Source: a virus (lineage: Duplodnaviria > Caudoviricetes). From it: DNA of 64,000 nt. A program made the translations under genes and the position numbers. Positions 12,301-21,340 of this stretch are shown here, one piece after another; the stretch's first letter is position 1, and the number at the start of each line of letters is the position of its first letter. The notes below the pieces were generated by a model, which saw nothing but the letters and a program-made list of their open reading frames with translations, was not told where the DNA came from and ran no database searches. The stretch is taken from IMG/VR virus record IMGVR_UViG_3300010163_000001, positions 190,593 to 254,592 of that record. The stretch is one strand, 5' to 3'.

Positions 12301-15203
12301 ATGAGAGTAAATGAATCAACTTCCTCTAAGTTTTCATCCCAATCTCTCTGATTAGAATCGTTAATCGTTTCAAATTCATCTTCTATTCGATTATCTTTAC
12401 TATCTTCGACGATAAAATGATAAGATTCCAAAATGTGCTTAGGAATTGGATTCTGTAATTGTACTTTAAGTTTATTAATAGCAGACGGCTCTACCAATGT
12501 TATAATGGGATATACAGCCGCATTGATATTTAATACTCCAATATAATCTGATTCTCTAATATTATCTTCGTTGATATGATATATAATAATCTGATATGCT
12601 CCGAAGGAAAGATTTCTCAGATCTAAAATATTTAAGTTTGCATCATTTGTTGGTTTAGAAATTATATTGGATCCAGGAATTGTTCCGAAGAATGATGTGT
12701 GGTCGTCACCATCTTCATTAAGTACTTCTACCATTGCTTCTTCAAAGAATGATACTTGTAATTCTTCTGGAAATTTCATATAAATTCTTCCAGTATTTGA
12801 TTTTGCATTTACTGCTGTAACTCTTGCATCTACCATTCTGGGTAACACATAACCACTAAATGCTTTCTTAGATAAATCTTTCATATATGGAACGATTCCA
12901 TCCCATGAAAATGTTATTGTATATAAGTCTTTTTCAATTTTAACATCTTTATCAAAAACCTGAATATTTATAGTCCTATAGAAAATTAATCCATCTTTAG
13001 ATACAGTAGTCGTAATCCATTTTTCTTTCTCCTTAAGTTGTTCTGACAGATCACAGCCGTTGTCTCCGACAATAGTAATGACCGCATCTTCAAATAACCG
13101 CTTCTCCAAATATGGATTAAAAATTACTTGAAATTCTGTTAATCCATTTTCTGCCTTCTGTACGGTAATGCTATTTATCTCCGGTATATTTTTTGTCATG
13201 TGACCAAGATCTACATCACATTTATAAATCTCTGTAAATTCTTTTTCATTTTTATTTATATAAGATACAAAAGAAAACCTATATTTCCCACTTGGTATAG
13301 AATCTCCTTCATCCATTGGAATAATTAAAGTTTCTATTGTAGGATGATCGTTTGTCAATACATTTTTCCAGTTTTCAAATCGTTCTGTATAACTTTGACC
13401 TGTTCTTACATTTTTTACAACCAAGTCAAGATTTAAAAGAAATCCCCTGCTTTGAGCTTCTGAAAAATACACTTTCACTGAATCAATACTTATTTGATCA
13501 ATATTTGTGATATAACCCTTTGCTCGCTCAATATAACTCATTTCCAAATCATGCTTTTCTAAGTTCATACCACGGAACTCTAAGAAAGCATCAAATTGTC
13601 CGCTGGTGATTGTTGATGTTTCGTTGATATATACATCGAACATATTGGTATTTGTTTGTCCGGGTTCCCATATATTGGAATCCTCAATTGATGAGAAAGA
13701 ATCGTAATAATCTTTATGAATACCGTATTTATCTTGAATATGCAATATACATGAATTGATAATATTAATTGGAATCTTCTTAGTAAGTTCCACTTTAATT
13801 GTCTGAATATCATAATGGTAGATTTTTTCGATACGAGGAGTTACTTCTGCTATGATATCTATATTGGCAATGTAATCATAGACACGTTCTCCTGATTCAT
13901 CGTCTATATGATATAAAATGAAAGTATAAGTTCCATTAGAGATATTATCTCTATTTGTAATTTGAACACTTACTAAATCATGTGCAGATAAATCCTCTAC
14001 TTCTCCAGTAAGTTCCCTTGTAAATACTAATTTTGAATCGAAAATATTCTTATTTGTGTCTCCCGTTATATCTTTCCCATCTAACTCTACAAGATAAGAT
14101 TCTTTATTTAACCAGTCTTTCAATTCTGAGTCTGGTAAATCTAAAACAATGTGTTTCAAGTCATTATTGTAAAGACTTACTCTCTCAATACCCGGAACAA
14201 CCCAATTTACTATCATTGAGTATAAGATGTTGTTATAATAATCTTGCTTCCACTCAAATGTTACTTTATAGGAACCTTTTTCTAATTGGTAGTATTCTGT
14301 ATACATTCTAATGTCAACTCTAGTAATATAGTCAACATTTGAAGATGTAAAATACGTTGCAGATATTGTAGTTGGATCGAAGTAATAAGTGATATCTTTT
14401 CCTTTATTTGTATAGACTTTCAAATCGCCACGTTCCAACATGGTCCTCTCAATATAATCACTAAATATAATAGTTAAATAAGTTCCACTTGTTCTTGTAG
14501 TAATCATAGAACTCCCGATTTTTGGTGGAGTGGTAGTCATATAGTCTATATGTGTTAATTCACTTTCTACAATGGAAAACGTCCTACTTTTATACGGACA
14601 AGTAAGACGAATAGTAAATCTGCCTTCATGGACAGATTCTTTTTCTTTTAATTTGATATAAAATTCTGTAATATAATCTTCATCAATCTTGTCAATTACT
14701 TTTGATAAAGTTTCAAAATTGCTACTAAAATGCTTATTATTCACATCAATAATAGAAAATGACATTTTGGACATCATTTTCTTAGTTTGATATAACGTAT
14801 CTTCCGTAAGGGGTTTCATTACAACATGAAGTGTATCTATAGAAGATAATTCAATTTTATCAAAAGTTACACGAATATCTTCCATATAATTTGTCTTAAA
14901 TGAATCTTCATAACAAATTTCATCTTTCACTAATAAAGTAAATTTATACGTCCCTTCATCTATTGAAGTATTTTTCTTCAAAACCAAATCGAAAGATTCA
15001 ATATTACTACCTTTTTTGTAATCGTTTGAATCTTCTATGGATTTAAATTTATCTGTTAAATCTGCCGTCTCATCTAATGTAGAAATTCTGAATGATAATT
15101 TACCGAATGTAGTGAAATCAATCTTATTTGAAAGACTTATTCGTAATTTATCAAGTGTATACTGTTGTACAGAACTAACAACAACATTATCCATTAAAAT
15201 CAT
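3360..15203 (-). CDS. Giant 3947-aa protein, probably virion-associated: tandem Ig-like beta-sandwich repeats, a beta-propeller and a Lys-rich C-terminus with CxxC motifs
   Basis: Recurring ~115-aa units ending in G.Y.F.F/W; propeller-type repeats (IIAVGDGGTI, YIAVGYDGTAIMTKDSGNTW); basic tail with CKKC/CKEC; late-type promoter at 15230-15241. Confidence 0.65.
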   Translation of the reverse strand: MILMDNVVVSSVQQYTLDKLRISLSNKIDFTTFGKLSFRISTLDETADLTDKFKSIEDSNDYKKGSNIESFDLVLKKNTSIDEGTYKFTLLVKDEICYEDSFKTNYMEDIRVTFDKIELSSIDTLHVVMKPLTEDTLYQTKKMMSKMSFSIIDVNNKHFSSNFETLSKVIDKIDEDYITEFYIKLKEKESVHEGRFTIRLTCPYKSRTFSIVESELTHIDYMTTTPPKIGSSMITTRTSGTYLTIIFSDYIERTMLERGDLKVYTNKGKDITYYFDPTTISATYFTSSNVDYITRVDIRMYTEYYQLEKGSYKVTFEWKQDYYNNILYSMIVNWVVPGIERVSLYNNDLKHIVLDLPDSELKDWLNKESYLVELDGKDITGDTNKNIFDSKLVFTRELTGEVEDLSAHDLVSVQITNRDNISNGTYTFILYHIDDESGERVYDYIANIDIIAEVTPRIEKIYHYDIQTIKVELTKKIPINIINSCILHIQDKYGIHKDYYDSFSSIEDSNIWEPGQTNTNMFDVYINETSTITSGQFDAFLEFRGMNLEKHDLEMSYIERAKGYITNIDQISIDSVKVYFSEAQSRGFLLNLDLVVKNVRTGQSYTERFENWKNVLTNDHPTIETLIIPMDEGDSIPSGKYRFSFVSYINKNEKEFTEIYKCDVDLGHMTKNIPEINSITVQKAENGLTEFQVIFNPYLEKRLFEDAVITIVGDNGCDLSEQLKEKEKWITTTVSKDGLIFYRTINIQVFDKDVKIEKDLYTITFSWDGIVPYMKDLSKKAFSGYVLPRMVDARVTAVNAKSNTGRIYMKFPEELQVSFFEEAMVEVLNEDGDDHTSFFGTIPGSNIISKPTNDANLNILDLRNLSFGAYQIIIYHINEDNIRESDYIGVLNINAAVYPIITLVEPSAINKLKVQLQNPIPKHILESYHFIVEDSKDNRIEDEFETINDSNQRDWDENLEEVDSFTLILKPGYKILQGICLFEMYNGDPRKPEDNPMRLDFFYFENEHMEGINGEIDLIKPVTLSQISIELSSLESRLLFATLSIKVLNSDGEDVSDRFESLSSAMKRIPADEFKDFTLNILKPIPAGEYKIYFYKEFTGVDTEYPLTKGITLPFLSNQYPMIQEVSAAKVGNRLDGKDAIIIMFRSPGLEVKLFENSNFIFRTEGNAEANIAPDKFQDIHKVVYEKETDENGIEYVEYVTLPMLEKYTDKDGIDHPVTIQKDTYIVAFNWSERVANYMKEITRIVRLDYILFPIKEIIQNDLDSVKITFLERLSGSLLKSGKVDVTTIYESENEDGEVISDVSFITQFQKLQKTNEFLDDKMYDSVIVKMGSNEDYEEKAQDILPGRNYRFIISTDQKSTWGGEGLELQYAFSGNIDIDFMINTEVINCDTTVERTLYNTLEFKFTKDQLLTLLNNSDFFLRNTTTKRDYSSVFMSMLAANTYERQGNDDEIVVDTYFGKTKKDIVISKFHFSVETIDSVLSKLEEHMMFPRNTYEMGFLYNGKEYFKNTKYLPFMSGSCPVIQSMTIKDKDTLNIQFSELPDIDALLGSTFDIMTYRGVRKDGTIIGKSFKDSFGAIANSEIFKNEVEEGITLVEEINIPILPNVTLPSGNYLLKWTWSKDSLYPVSTFIYGLNAVAGGIKRIRTYSHDTIEIQFEQELAASYMLAMELNVVNEDGEDVSMLFKTWRDGNIDMKIEETSKTDTYYIQVDEEEIVGPSLYTFTLNEEYTEETEDGDDEDVETTAFIFSMNITYLAYQFPDIERVDNLSTERFIATKITNDNAKDLYGYQVRLLNSETIEDKDILDKDTLPEYLGQMVKLYQKPRIDQLTIKLDDEIEDSLLNALSVYLVNSDGMDVSDYFINPCNVSTFYERDVIYYLVFTLTQFVTGEDLSQYNIEITRPNGEVITDMFDTIKDSNNFDDEESYRTFRLYTDDFVELHDMIDVTYNITDVDDNTVLLLGTPEMILKTVNTTDEIILELETGTTVIPGTYDLRLCYQNEKDMEDAVEITPFAYTGELPFLSNNIGYIERIEASGLYYIDVTFTEDLPTELFEIVGLRVLNEDGEDFSSEFEDISIINNLEDFNFISEFENSYTIRLALESGASLNPGNYTFEFFIEIGVGEDDDSEEDENEDETEDNEEVDEDNSDEYTLWSRSITLPYMVHEIQNSISSITVQAINKLKVSLEHPVDVSLIKKYHFSLLEADLNETLYEDIFKDINESNFFGIFLLPTDQRYILYSYDGNTWKKYDTQQDISIKKVFIDNSNNYFALCGSGKILRIKDFSSYEKAQVFSLGTSKALNDCLIIDNNIIIVGADGIILKGVIENGRITANIVETNATTKTLTAITEITPTQYIAVGYDGTAIMTKDSGNTWTALETGCDVNINSVTYFKNETIITAEPDNTEDDEDGETIGAPEPEPVIEEVIDNSAIILVGTRGLILVSKDIENPSFTKINTEITKSFYGVCYHDDSIIAVGDGGTIGRVTPEDGEYEFNLINSGVTYPLRDVIFTDNRFIACGSNGSWLTSVSGTQWTLNSYVEDLTFRSITYVPSQYGGTKGDYFYVELRDGCELGPVDFYRGSEEANMENPLFVRWDTDSEKEDHLYDIYYKYECVNGAIQLVGTYQFVKEIITEGEGEDVSTYSTFVWKECLSADVPKTGSYYGQIHLETDNDYMLLYTTKDPVDLPYMIDNPGSITGVQILPPDGIDDPMVSVPFIEVSMKDVNENVLYFSSYALESYNSYVPPYFVFRSSKEATIMYDSQYNISGIRIPIKEGYLPLSTRNEGECLFSWKWMALASDSIKLPLHITGMESMISYISTYSTNPGKITFTLKEGLPISFFEDPKTTITIYQLPKSEDEVNTFNYADYFKSVLESTDFSKLTPTEGLYNQFNLDIKEENILPPGNYIIKVYNPNTSFQHPTNLLFFTKKTSFAQEIRSINSLPTIYSVKSEMYAPTVNPIVNGGGTETYSDYGDPTVLSSMTSLTSNWEISGEETLKKHVGDKYTDQDTLDTYYFSFDKINKEYKWKKAIKRPYVAVVFDEMPCYTTFFNTHINKENGFELDEVTIVNESTTTRTSLKDFVIMDHDTWGVNTIISNEIKFITKIYIPLDETKDFLGAKNASIAIKFISSSIYKTLTFDGFSLNPYVHSYGNIDEIIKINTSIKDTKQAAGLIIRFERPQLSTFLRSCIYDIIRQHKDEKGVAIDEDWSGSFDTIEEANKEDLNNNLSLTEIWLPLSKSSMFLEELRSGTYMFTLTGDKPDSDMGSNPDNEEIEEVIMKKKFKTPWLTTKHPNNLTVKLNTKDTTKAPFLQVRFKGTYPALSSCKGFSLTVKKIVKGKDIDYSDCFRTATSKVTWFLDPDVLDPEEPKVKGINIPMKTMRCLPKGKYRFTFHFKDKALLDSIPLKDSKNWTTFTVSKTILTRIGEIKKVTVKKKKMTVEIKPSSAIKTDALLKKSQIGKALKVKKWSGLLKKLGLVMSKGSVKNAKSNFKAKPKVSKKKITYTLKANKKVNPGSWKFSFNYGGRRVIKAKKVDFKGIIYNKIGKASKDKNCWIIIEKHDGVKKSKVYKTYDGAYKRIKKMRKLNKAQSEQYEKCKKCRKKKFFSTTKIRAQLEKYEFPDKKLIKVFIKKLAKTYYKKIVKKTTKCKECEIVKYTPESGTSDNHVQFHCDNYVTTGKPYSWSFRIATMGSKFPSIEAKGDAKKIYFKSITIKGVRLDRGFKASKKGKTTKKYKQYEKQLEKWIKKYKKSVSRCKKCKKYEIARKGGTIIGWGQALFPGTLRTDKKVKKTAKSILRKNLQKFFKKKRTKKVTITKTLPTGEVKKEKKNKNYRIGCKNADFSFVKKNKTYCRIKCAKAKSADKTLKLGSMKGIYVPPSLKLLDTPMRRLVNIETSIEQKKSSKYKKATLEDLYSTETTHILKELDGPRRTNIEVLGQIDDKLKQDTNIIIGKTENRR

Positions 15204-15353
15204 TCTCCTTTCTTAATATTTCATAAATTTATCTTTAAGTTGTATCAATATTTCTAATATTTTTATTAAACCTCGAATAAGTATATAATACTTTTGTAAA
15301 GAAAGTATTTGGTACTTTTTCCCTTTTTTAAATATTTATAAGCATTAAGAGTG

Positions 15354-15385
15354 GATGCACCAAGGAAATTTTTCCTTGGTGCATC
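15354..15385 (-). terminator. Hairpin terminator
   Basis: GATGCACCAAGGAAA-tt-TTTCCTTGGTGCATC after the stop of 15387..15650. Confidence 0.65.
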
Positions 15386-15386
15386 A

Positions 15387-15650
15387 CTACTTTTTTATTT
15401 TATACTTCTCATCATCTCCTAATTCAAAAATCCCATAATTCATTGACAATCTTAATGTATTATCCATATTAGCTTCATCAAAAAGCGATTTAAATTCAGG
15501 AGGATTTTCAATTCGTTTAGAAAATTCATCTGAATCTATGTTAAGATACGCTGCCAATAGAACTATAGCATCTCTTAAATCTCCATTAAAATTATCAGGT
15601 AGAATGAATACTAAATCTTGAATTTTCAAGATGTTTTTTGGACGATTCAT
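15387..15650 (-). CDS. Hypothetical protein
   Basis: 87-aa ORF with RBS, in operon. Confidence 0.7.
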   Translation of the reverse strand: MNRPKNILKIQDLVFILPDNFNGDLRDAIVLLAAYLNIDSDEFSKRIENPPEFKSLFDEANMDNTLRLSMNYGIFELGDDEKYKIKK

Positions 15651-15677
15651 GTTTACATCCCTTCTCCCATCTGATTT

Positions 15678-16394
15678 TTATTTATTCATTGTATTCTCCA
15701 TAGAAACACTGTCAAGTGCTTTCTTCCATTCTTCTGGTACTTCCGGTATATCAAAACCATCAATATTGATATACGTAAATTCTGGGTCTAATACATCAGA
15801 AACAATTTTATCACATTTCTGGCTCATTTGTATAATCATTTCGATTTTTGATTTCAGATTATCATCCATGTAATCTTCATATTCTTCTACAAAAAGATCA
15901 TATCTTTGGTAAATCCATTGTAATGGAATGAACACTCTTCCATTTTCTGTAAGTTCATGCGCAGTAACAGAAAGATTAATTAATCCAACTTTTCCATCGT
16001 AATGTAATTCTAGTACTTCTTCTGTAGTACGGTATGGGTTTATAGATTCTCCTAATGCTTGCCTTTTTGTAAGCACTACATTTATGATCTCCATTAAAGT
16101 AAATGGAGTATGATGTAATTCAATCGAATATTTCTTTCGAGGTTCATCTGTTGGTAATTTATTAAACACAACACACTTATCCATGTGCATATGTTTCTTT
16201 AGAAAAGAAGTGTAAATTCTATATTCCGGAACTCTTCGAACCATATTCTTAACCATTGTACAATATTTATATCGTTCCTTATTATTTTTAAAGGTATATA
16301 CTGGTCGTTCCGGTTTTTCATCTATTGTAATATCTTTCATTTTAATTGGTCTTTGCTGATATTTCTTCTTATTTAAATCTTTATAAAGAATCAT
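15678..16394 (-). CDS. Hypothetical protein, possible HNH-like fold
   Basis: KCVVF...SIELHHTPF...LINLSVTAHE resembles a degenerate HNH pattern. Confidence 0.45.
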   Translation of the reverse strand: MILYKDLNKKKYQQRPIKMKDITIDEKPERPVYTFKNNKERYKYCTMVKNMVRRVPEYRIYTSFLKKHMHMDKCVVFNKLPTDEPRKKYSIELHHTPFTLMEIINVVLTKRQALGESINPYRTTEEVLELHYDGKVGLINLSVTAHELTENGRVFIPLQWIYQRYDLFVEEYEDYMDDNLKSKIEMIIQMSQKCDKIVSDVLDPEFTYINIDGFDIPEVPEEWKKALDSVSMENTMNK

Positions 16395-17103
16395 TTGAAC
16401 TTCCCCCCTTACTCATATCATTTCCAATTGAAATATCGCATATACTCTCTGGCACAGAATATTTCATAAAATCATAAAATTCATCTACAGAAGTAAATGA
16501 ATTAGGAATAAATTTATTCCGATAATTATTATTTTTCAAAATAGCTTTCTGATATGTTAGTCCTCCATAAATAGGGGTAGTTGCAGCAACATGAATCAAA
16601 TCGTATTCATGATTATAATATAATTCTGACATCTTAGGTTCAGATAAATGTAATGTAAAATAATTTACCACATCGGGAGTTCTTGCAACTATATCATATA
16701 TCTCATCTACTTCTGAATTTTTTATATATGAAATAGAATAATGAGAATCAAAATGATTTATATAATTATCTTTTACATCTTGCATACTCCAGAATGAGAA
16801 ATTTTCTGCTTTATCTGGGAATACCCATTGTGTTGAAACTAATTGGCTTACCGTTTTACATAGGTTATATATATCAGAAATAAAATCGATCTGTATAGAT
16901 GGAGTAAATATCTTTACAGATCGTGGACTAAAGTACTTAATTGCTCTATAAGCGTGTAAATATGTGCCAGGAGTAAGTAAAATGACATCTAATTCATACT
17001 TATGATAATCAAACATTACAAAAATAGTAGGATTATCAGTATCTGGATATTGTAAAGGTTGTTGCATTCTTCCAATATATCCACATTGATTAGAAATTTT
17101 CAT
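16381..17103 (-). CDS. Hypothetical protein
   Basis: 240-aa ORF, AGGAGG RBS, late-type promoter at 17126-17137. Confidence 0.7.
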   Translation of the reverse strand: MKISNQCGYIGRMQQPLQYPDTDNPTIFVMFDYHKYELDVILLTPGTYLHAYRAIKYFSPRSVKIFTPSIQIDFISDIYNLCKTVSQLVSTQWVFPDKAENFSFWSMQDVKDNYINHFDSHYSISYIKNSEVDEIYDIVARTPDVVNYFTLHLSEPKMSELYYNHEYDLIHVAATTPIYGGLTYQKAILKNNNYRNKFIPNSFTSVDEFYDFMKYSVPESICDISIGNDMSKGGSSNDSL

Positions 17104-17221
17104 TCAAATCCCTCCTTTCCAACTTTATAATAGTGTTTCAATATATATTTAAACGTTTATTTTTCAGAGAACAAGCCACTTAAATAAAATTTTAATATAG
17201 AAAGGGGTTGAAAAATAAGCA

Positions 17222-20200
17222 ATGGCTAAGTATTCATCCGATACTTTTTTTGAAGAATTATTAAGAATTTCTTCAAATATTATATGGAAAAATCCGGAAA
17301 AAGCATTAAAAGGGGAAGTGGATGTTTCTCCCATAGATGTTGAACAGTATAACTTAGCAGTCAGAGGAACCCTTACCTTTGATTTAATACACAAATTTGA
17401 AAAAGATGTTTTATTGAAATTTGGTTTTGATGAAGAAATGGCTGAAAGTTGTATTTATGATCCTTATCGAATACCAGAAGCTATGAGGGATTCTATTACA
17501 AAAGCTCATATAGAATACATCAAAGAAAATTATGAAGAAAAGAATAATTACTATAGAATGTTAAATGGTTTACCTGATATTGAAGATACTGATTTTGTAT
17601 ATAATACAAAATATCCAGATATATCAAGTCCCAATATACCAATCCATTTGTTAGATATAAATGCAATCAATCAATTAGATCGAGAAGGTTACCTTGATGA
17701 GTTAATTCAAAAGTATCCTGAAAAAGAGTATTTGAATCATTTATCTGATAAAAAGATATCTATCTATAATTCTAGAAATATTGCAGATTTTGGAATATTA
17801 TGGATCATAAATTCTGAATATGATAATCTTTTACGTGATTTTAAAGATACCTATTCGGAATGTAGAAATATGGTTACAACGGTTTATTATCAAAAAGAAA
17901 TGTACCAGACAAATTCAGAATATACTGGATTTATTGGTTTAATTATTTTATTTTCTACGATTATGCAAATGTATCGCAAATGCTTAGATACTGATATAAC
18001 AAGAGATTTTTATGATAATGAATCTCTTCAGTATGTATATGAAAGCTATGGCGTTCCATATTATGACTCTCTTCCAATGGAATATCACAAAAAGATTATA
18101 AAAAATATAAATCTTTTGATTGGATGTAAAGGAAGTCCTGAGGTATTCTTTAAAATATTTGATCTATTTGGTTTTGGAAGCACGAGTCTTTATGCTTATT
18201 TCATTTTAAAAACTCACAGATTTGTAAATGGGAAACCCATATTTCCAAAAGATGAGAACGGAAATTTAAACTTAAGAGAAATGTATGACATTAAGTTTTC
18301 TAAGGTAAAATTATGGGATTCTCCATCATTAGAAGTAAGAGATCCAAAGAATTATTCATCATATGATGATATGACAAGAGATGATCCATATTGGATTAAT
18401 GATGAAAATCTTCTTAATAAGATCTATGAAGAGGAATACAATTATAGAGAAACAAAATACTTTGGAATACAGACAACATTTAATCTTATGAAGATTATAT
18501 ACGAATCCACTTATTATTTTAAAATGATTCTAGATAATAGAGAACTATTGCCATATACAAAGATTTATAATAGCACGTTACAACAGGAAGTAACTCTTTT
18601 TGATATGATTATATACTTATGTGCTATTATAATAAGAAAATATGGCTATATGGGGAATATACCAGATGAGCCTCATGCAATTGGAAGATTTATGGGATTT
18701 AACTTTCAAGAAGATTTAACTATATTGAAAGAAAATATAACAAGTAATGATTATTTGAAGAATGATGCTGAGTTATTAGATTATTTAACACTGATGCCGG
18801 TGTCATCATTAGATGCTATTCGAATCGTATATGGAAAGATGGTAAATTTACGAAGGTATCTTGCAAATAAGATGTTCGAAACAGACGATCCAGATATATA
18901 TCATGCATATTATGAATTATATCAAACACTCATGTATTCTGAATATACAAAAGAAACATTTACAAAGTCAGATGGCACACAAGCAAACACATTTGAAGAA
19001 TTATTATCAGACAGTAATCCAACTTTATATGCTAGATATTTAAATGAAGATATTGACTTTGATATGGAAATTACAAGTACCCTATTCTTTTTAGAAAACT
19101 CTTGTGACTTACTTAATCAATTACAGTTTTTAAGTTTGCCAAATAGCAACTTTTTATTAGAAAACATTTTTAAGTTACTTGAATATTTTAAATCTGCAAA
19201 AACAGATTTAACAGGATATAATATTATTTACTCTTTGGTAAGTGATGTTGATAACTATTTTAAATTAATGAATATAATCTCGTATATATATGATGATTAT
19301 TCAGAGCAACCATTAGAATCTATTATTGATTATTTAAATGATATAATTGCATATATTAAGGAAAGACAATATTTATATGCAAAATACTTTTTGAAAGATG
19401 ATATTTCACTTGATGAGACAGTATATCTCCCACCAGTAGCTTTATATTTAAGAGATTACATTGCTAATATGATAGAAATTGTATTTGGAATTACAGAAGA
19501 TTTATTTTATAAGGAAGAAGTAAAAATAGAAGAGATTTTTATTCTTCCAAATGATCAATTTCCTTTTAGTGATGACTTATCTTTGATATATGATGAAGTA
19601 ATGGAAAAGCTAATTGAATACGTCGAAGAATTATTCCCTATATATACAAATATAAAGGAAATGGCTGAAAGATTTCTGCCTGTAGAAAGTCAAAATTTAT
19701 TTATTTCAAGATTGATGTGTTTAGAATTAATTAAAATCAAGCACACTACTTACTATTTAAAGGATCAGGATCCTAAAATAAAGGATGTTACAAATCAAGA
19801 ATTCAAATATATGTTAGATTTCATCTTTCATAGTTGTATGGACAATAGTAAATTGACAGAAAATATACTTACAGGTGATTTAATTGCTAAGTACTTTGAG
19901 GAGCATGGACTTTCTGATTCTTATCGATTAAAAATGTCAGAGCCAAAAATCCATGATAGTGAAACTTTTAAATCAGAATTTATGATAATTAATATTATTA
20001 ATATTTATATAGAAAAACTTCATCTAAAAGATGAGATATTTACAGAAGATTTAATTTCTCGATATTTAGAGAAGATAAATAATCATGCATCATTTACTCT
20101 TATAGATGACTATAAAGATAAGCTTATTTATGAGATTATAATAGATATGGAAGAAAACCCTATTTATTATTTAGATCATCTAATAGATAAACTTTCCATT

Positions 20201-20389
20201 TATTTTATCGAAGTAATAAATAATTTTGTTGACGAAATCGTTTCTATCAATGATAAACATAATCCAGTATCTGAAGAATTCTCATTGGTTACACAAGTAA
20301 TATCAAAATTGAAAACTTCATATATAACATCTTCTACGAAATTGGAAGATGACATAATTCTTGTGTTCGAGTATAAAGAGGAAGAATAA
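17222..20389 (+). CDS. Putative baseplate wedge / virion structural protein
   Basis: 1055 aa; YEEKNNYYRMLNGLP and IIKNINLLIGCKGSPEVFFKIFDLFG resemble jumbo-phage baseplate wedge proteins; sits next to a baseplate-like gene. Confidence 0.55.
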   Translation: MAKYSSDTFFEELLRISSNIIWKNPEKALKGEVDVSPIDVEQYNLAVRGTLTFDLIHKFEKDVLLKFGFDEEMAESCIYDPYRIPEAMRDSITKAHIEYIKENYEEKNNYYRMLNGLPDIEDTDFVYNTKYPDISSPNIPIHLLDINAINQLDREGYLDELIQKYPEKEYLNHLSDKKISIYNSRNIADFGILWIINSEYDNLLRDFKDTYSECRNMVTTVYYQKEMYQTNSEYTGFIGLIILFSTIMQMYRKCLDTDITRDFYDNESLQYVYESYGVPYYDSLPMEYHKKIIKNINLLIGCKGSPEVFFKIFDLFGFGSTSLYAYFILKTHRFVNGKPIFPKDENGNLNLREMYDIKFSKVKLWDSPSLEVRDPKNYSSYDDMTRDDPYWINDENLLNKIYEEEYNYRETKYFGIQTTFNLMKIIYESTYYFKMILDNRELLPYTKIYNSTLQQEVTLFDMIIYLCAIIIRKYGYMGNIPDEPHAIGRFMGFNFQEDLTILKENITSNDYLKNDAELLDYLTLMPVSSLDAIRIVYGKMVNLRRYLANKMFETDDPDIYHAYYELYQTLMYSEYTKETFTKSDGTQANTFEELLSDSNPTLYARYLNEDIDFDMEITSTLFFLENSCDLLNQLQFLSLPNSNFLLENIFKLLEYFKSAKTDLTGYNIIYSLVSDVDNYFKLMNIISYIYDDYSEQPLESIIDYLNDIIAYIKERQYLYAKYFLKDDISLDETVYLPPVALYLRDYIANMIEIVFGITEDLFYKEEVKIEEIFILPNDQFPFSDDLSLIYDEVMEKLIEYVEELFPIYTNIKEMAERFLPVESQNLFISRLMCLELIKIKHTTYYLKDQDPKIKDVTNQEFKYMLDFIFHSCMDNSKLTENILTGDLIAKYFEEHGLSDSYRLKMSEPKIHDSETFKSEFMIINIINIYIEKLHLKDEIFTEDLISRYLEKINNHASFTLIDDYKDKLIYEIIIDMEENPIYYLDHLIDKLSIYFIEVINNFVDEIVSINDKHNPVSEEFSLVTQVISKLKTSYITSSTKLEDDIILVFEYKEEE

Positions 20390-20398
20390 ACCAAATGA

Positions 20399-20410
20399 AA
20401 CATTACAATA
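20399..20410 (+). promoter_or_regulatory. Putative late promoter AACA-N6-TA
   Basis: AACAttacaaTA upstream of a structural gene; matches the AR9 non-virion RNAP consensus and recurs upstream of about 11 other genes. Confidence 0.6.
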
Positions 20411-20441
20411 ATTGAAAACAGAAAAGGAGGATCATATTAAT

Positions 20442-21296
20442 ATGAAACCAATAATTTTAACTGATCAGATGGCATTAGCCGACATGTTTTCCAGAGGAAA
20501 AGACATATATAAAAAAAATCAAGGAATGCCTGTAATGGCAGGGTTTTTATATGAAAAGATGGGTGATGATGGATTTGGAAATCCACTCCTCAAAAAAGTA
20601 GGAGAAAATACAGTTGTAGTTGGGGGAGCTATTACATCATTGGAACATCTTTGCAATGTTGATGCAAATTGGAAACCTAAAACTTTGAATGAAATTATGA
20701 ATATTAACGCAAGTGAGACTGGAGATCTTGGTAAAGATTTTATTGCACTATTCGGAATTGGTATTGGTGGTTCAGGATTGCAGTTTGGCTCTGTGGCAGA
20801 AAAAGATATTAAGCGTAGAGATGTCCCAGATATAATTCCTTTAAGAAGAAATACCATTATTACAGGTGATGACGCTAATAAATATTGGTTCAAGAAGGAT
20901 AATGGAGATGGTACATTTGATTGGTATCTTAAGGAGTTTGCTCAGGATATCATCATTAAGACATGGTGGAAAGATGGGGCAGATGATGAAGCTGATGGTA
21001 CAGAAATCACTGCAGAAATCCATGATTCTACAAGGACAGAAAAGATACAGTCGTTTGCCGAACTTGTTTTAGACTTTAATACAGATGATGTTCGGGAATA
21101 TTATGAATCAACCGGAAGTCTGGATTCAGCAAGATATAATTCCATTGGTATTTATACTGGACAAAAGAAAACTCTTGCAAATGGAGAAACTGATTATGTA
21201 AACGTCCGGCTGTTCTCATACTTAAATATTGATAACAAATCTGTAAAGATCAAAACAGCTTCTCAATATGTTTATAGGATATTATCACTTGTTTAA
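20442..21296 (+). CDS. Putative baseplate / tail-fibre attachment structural protein
   Basis: AGGAGG RBS favours ATG at 20442; LFGIGIGG and ARYNSIGIYTG...VRLFSYLNI resemble jumbo-phage baseplate proteins. Confidence 0.5.
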   Translation: MKPIILTDQMALADMFSRGKDIYKKNQGMPVMAGFLYEKMGDDGFGNPLLKKVGENTVVVGGAITSLEHLCNVDANWKPKTLNEIMNINASETGDLGKDFIALFGIGIGGSGLQFGSVAEKDIKRRDVPDIIPLRRNTIITGDDANKYWFKKDNGDGTFDWYLKEFAQDIIIKTWWKDGADDEADGTEITAEIHDSTRTEKIQSFAELVLDFNTDDVREYYESTGSLDSARYNSIGIYTGQKKTLANGETDYVNVRLFSYLNIDNKSVKIKTASQYVYRILSLV

Positions 21297-21297
21297 A

Positions 21298-21334
21298 AAA
21301 TAAGGTGTGAATCGAAATGATTCACACCTTATTT
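21298..21334. terminator. Bidirectional terminator
   Basis: AAATAAGGTGTGAATC-gaaat-GATTCACACCTTATTT between convergent units. Confidence 0.75.
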
Positions 21335-21340
21335 AGTTTA

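Noticed and set aside
3925-14311. Plus-strand ORFs within the giant gene and similar antisense ORFs elsewhere
   Set aside because: Shadow frames of long, well-supported genes with no RBS.
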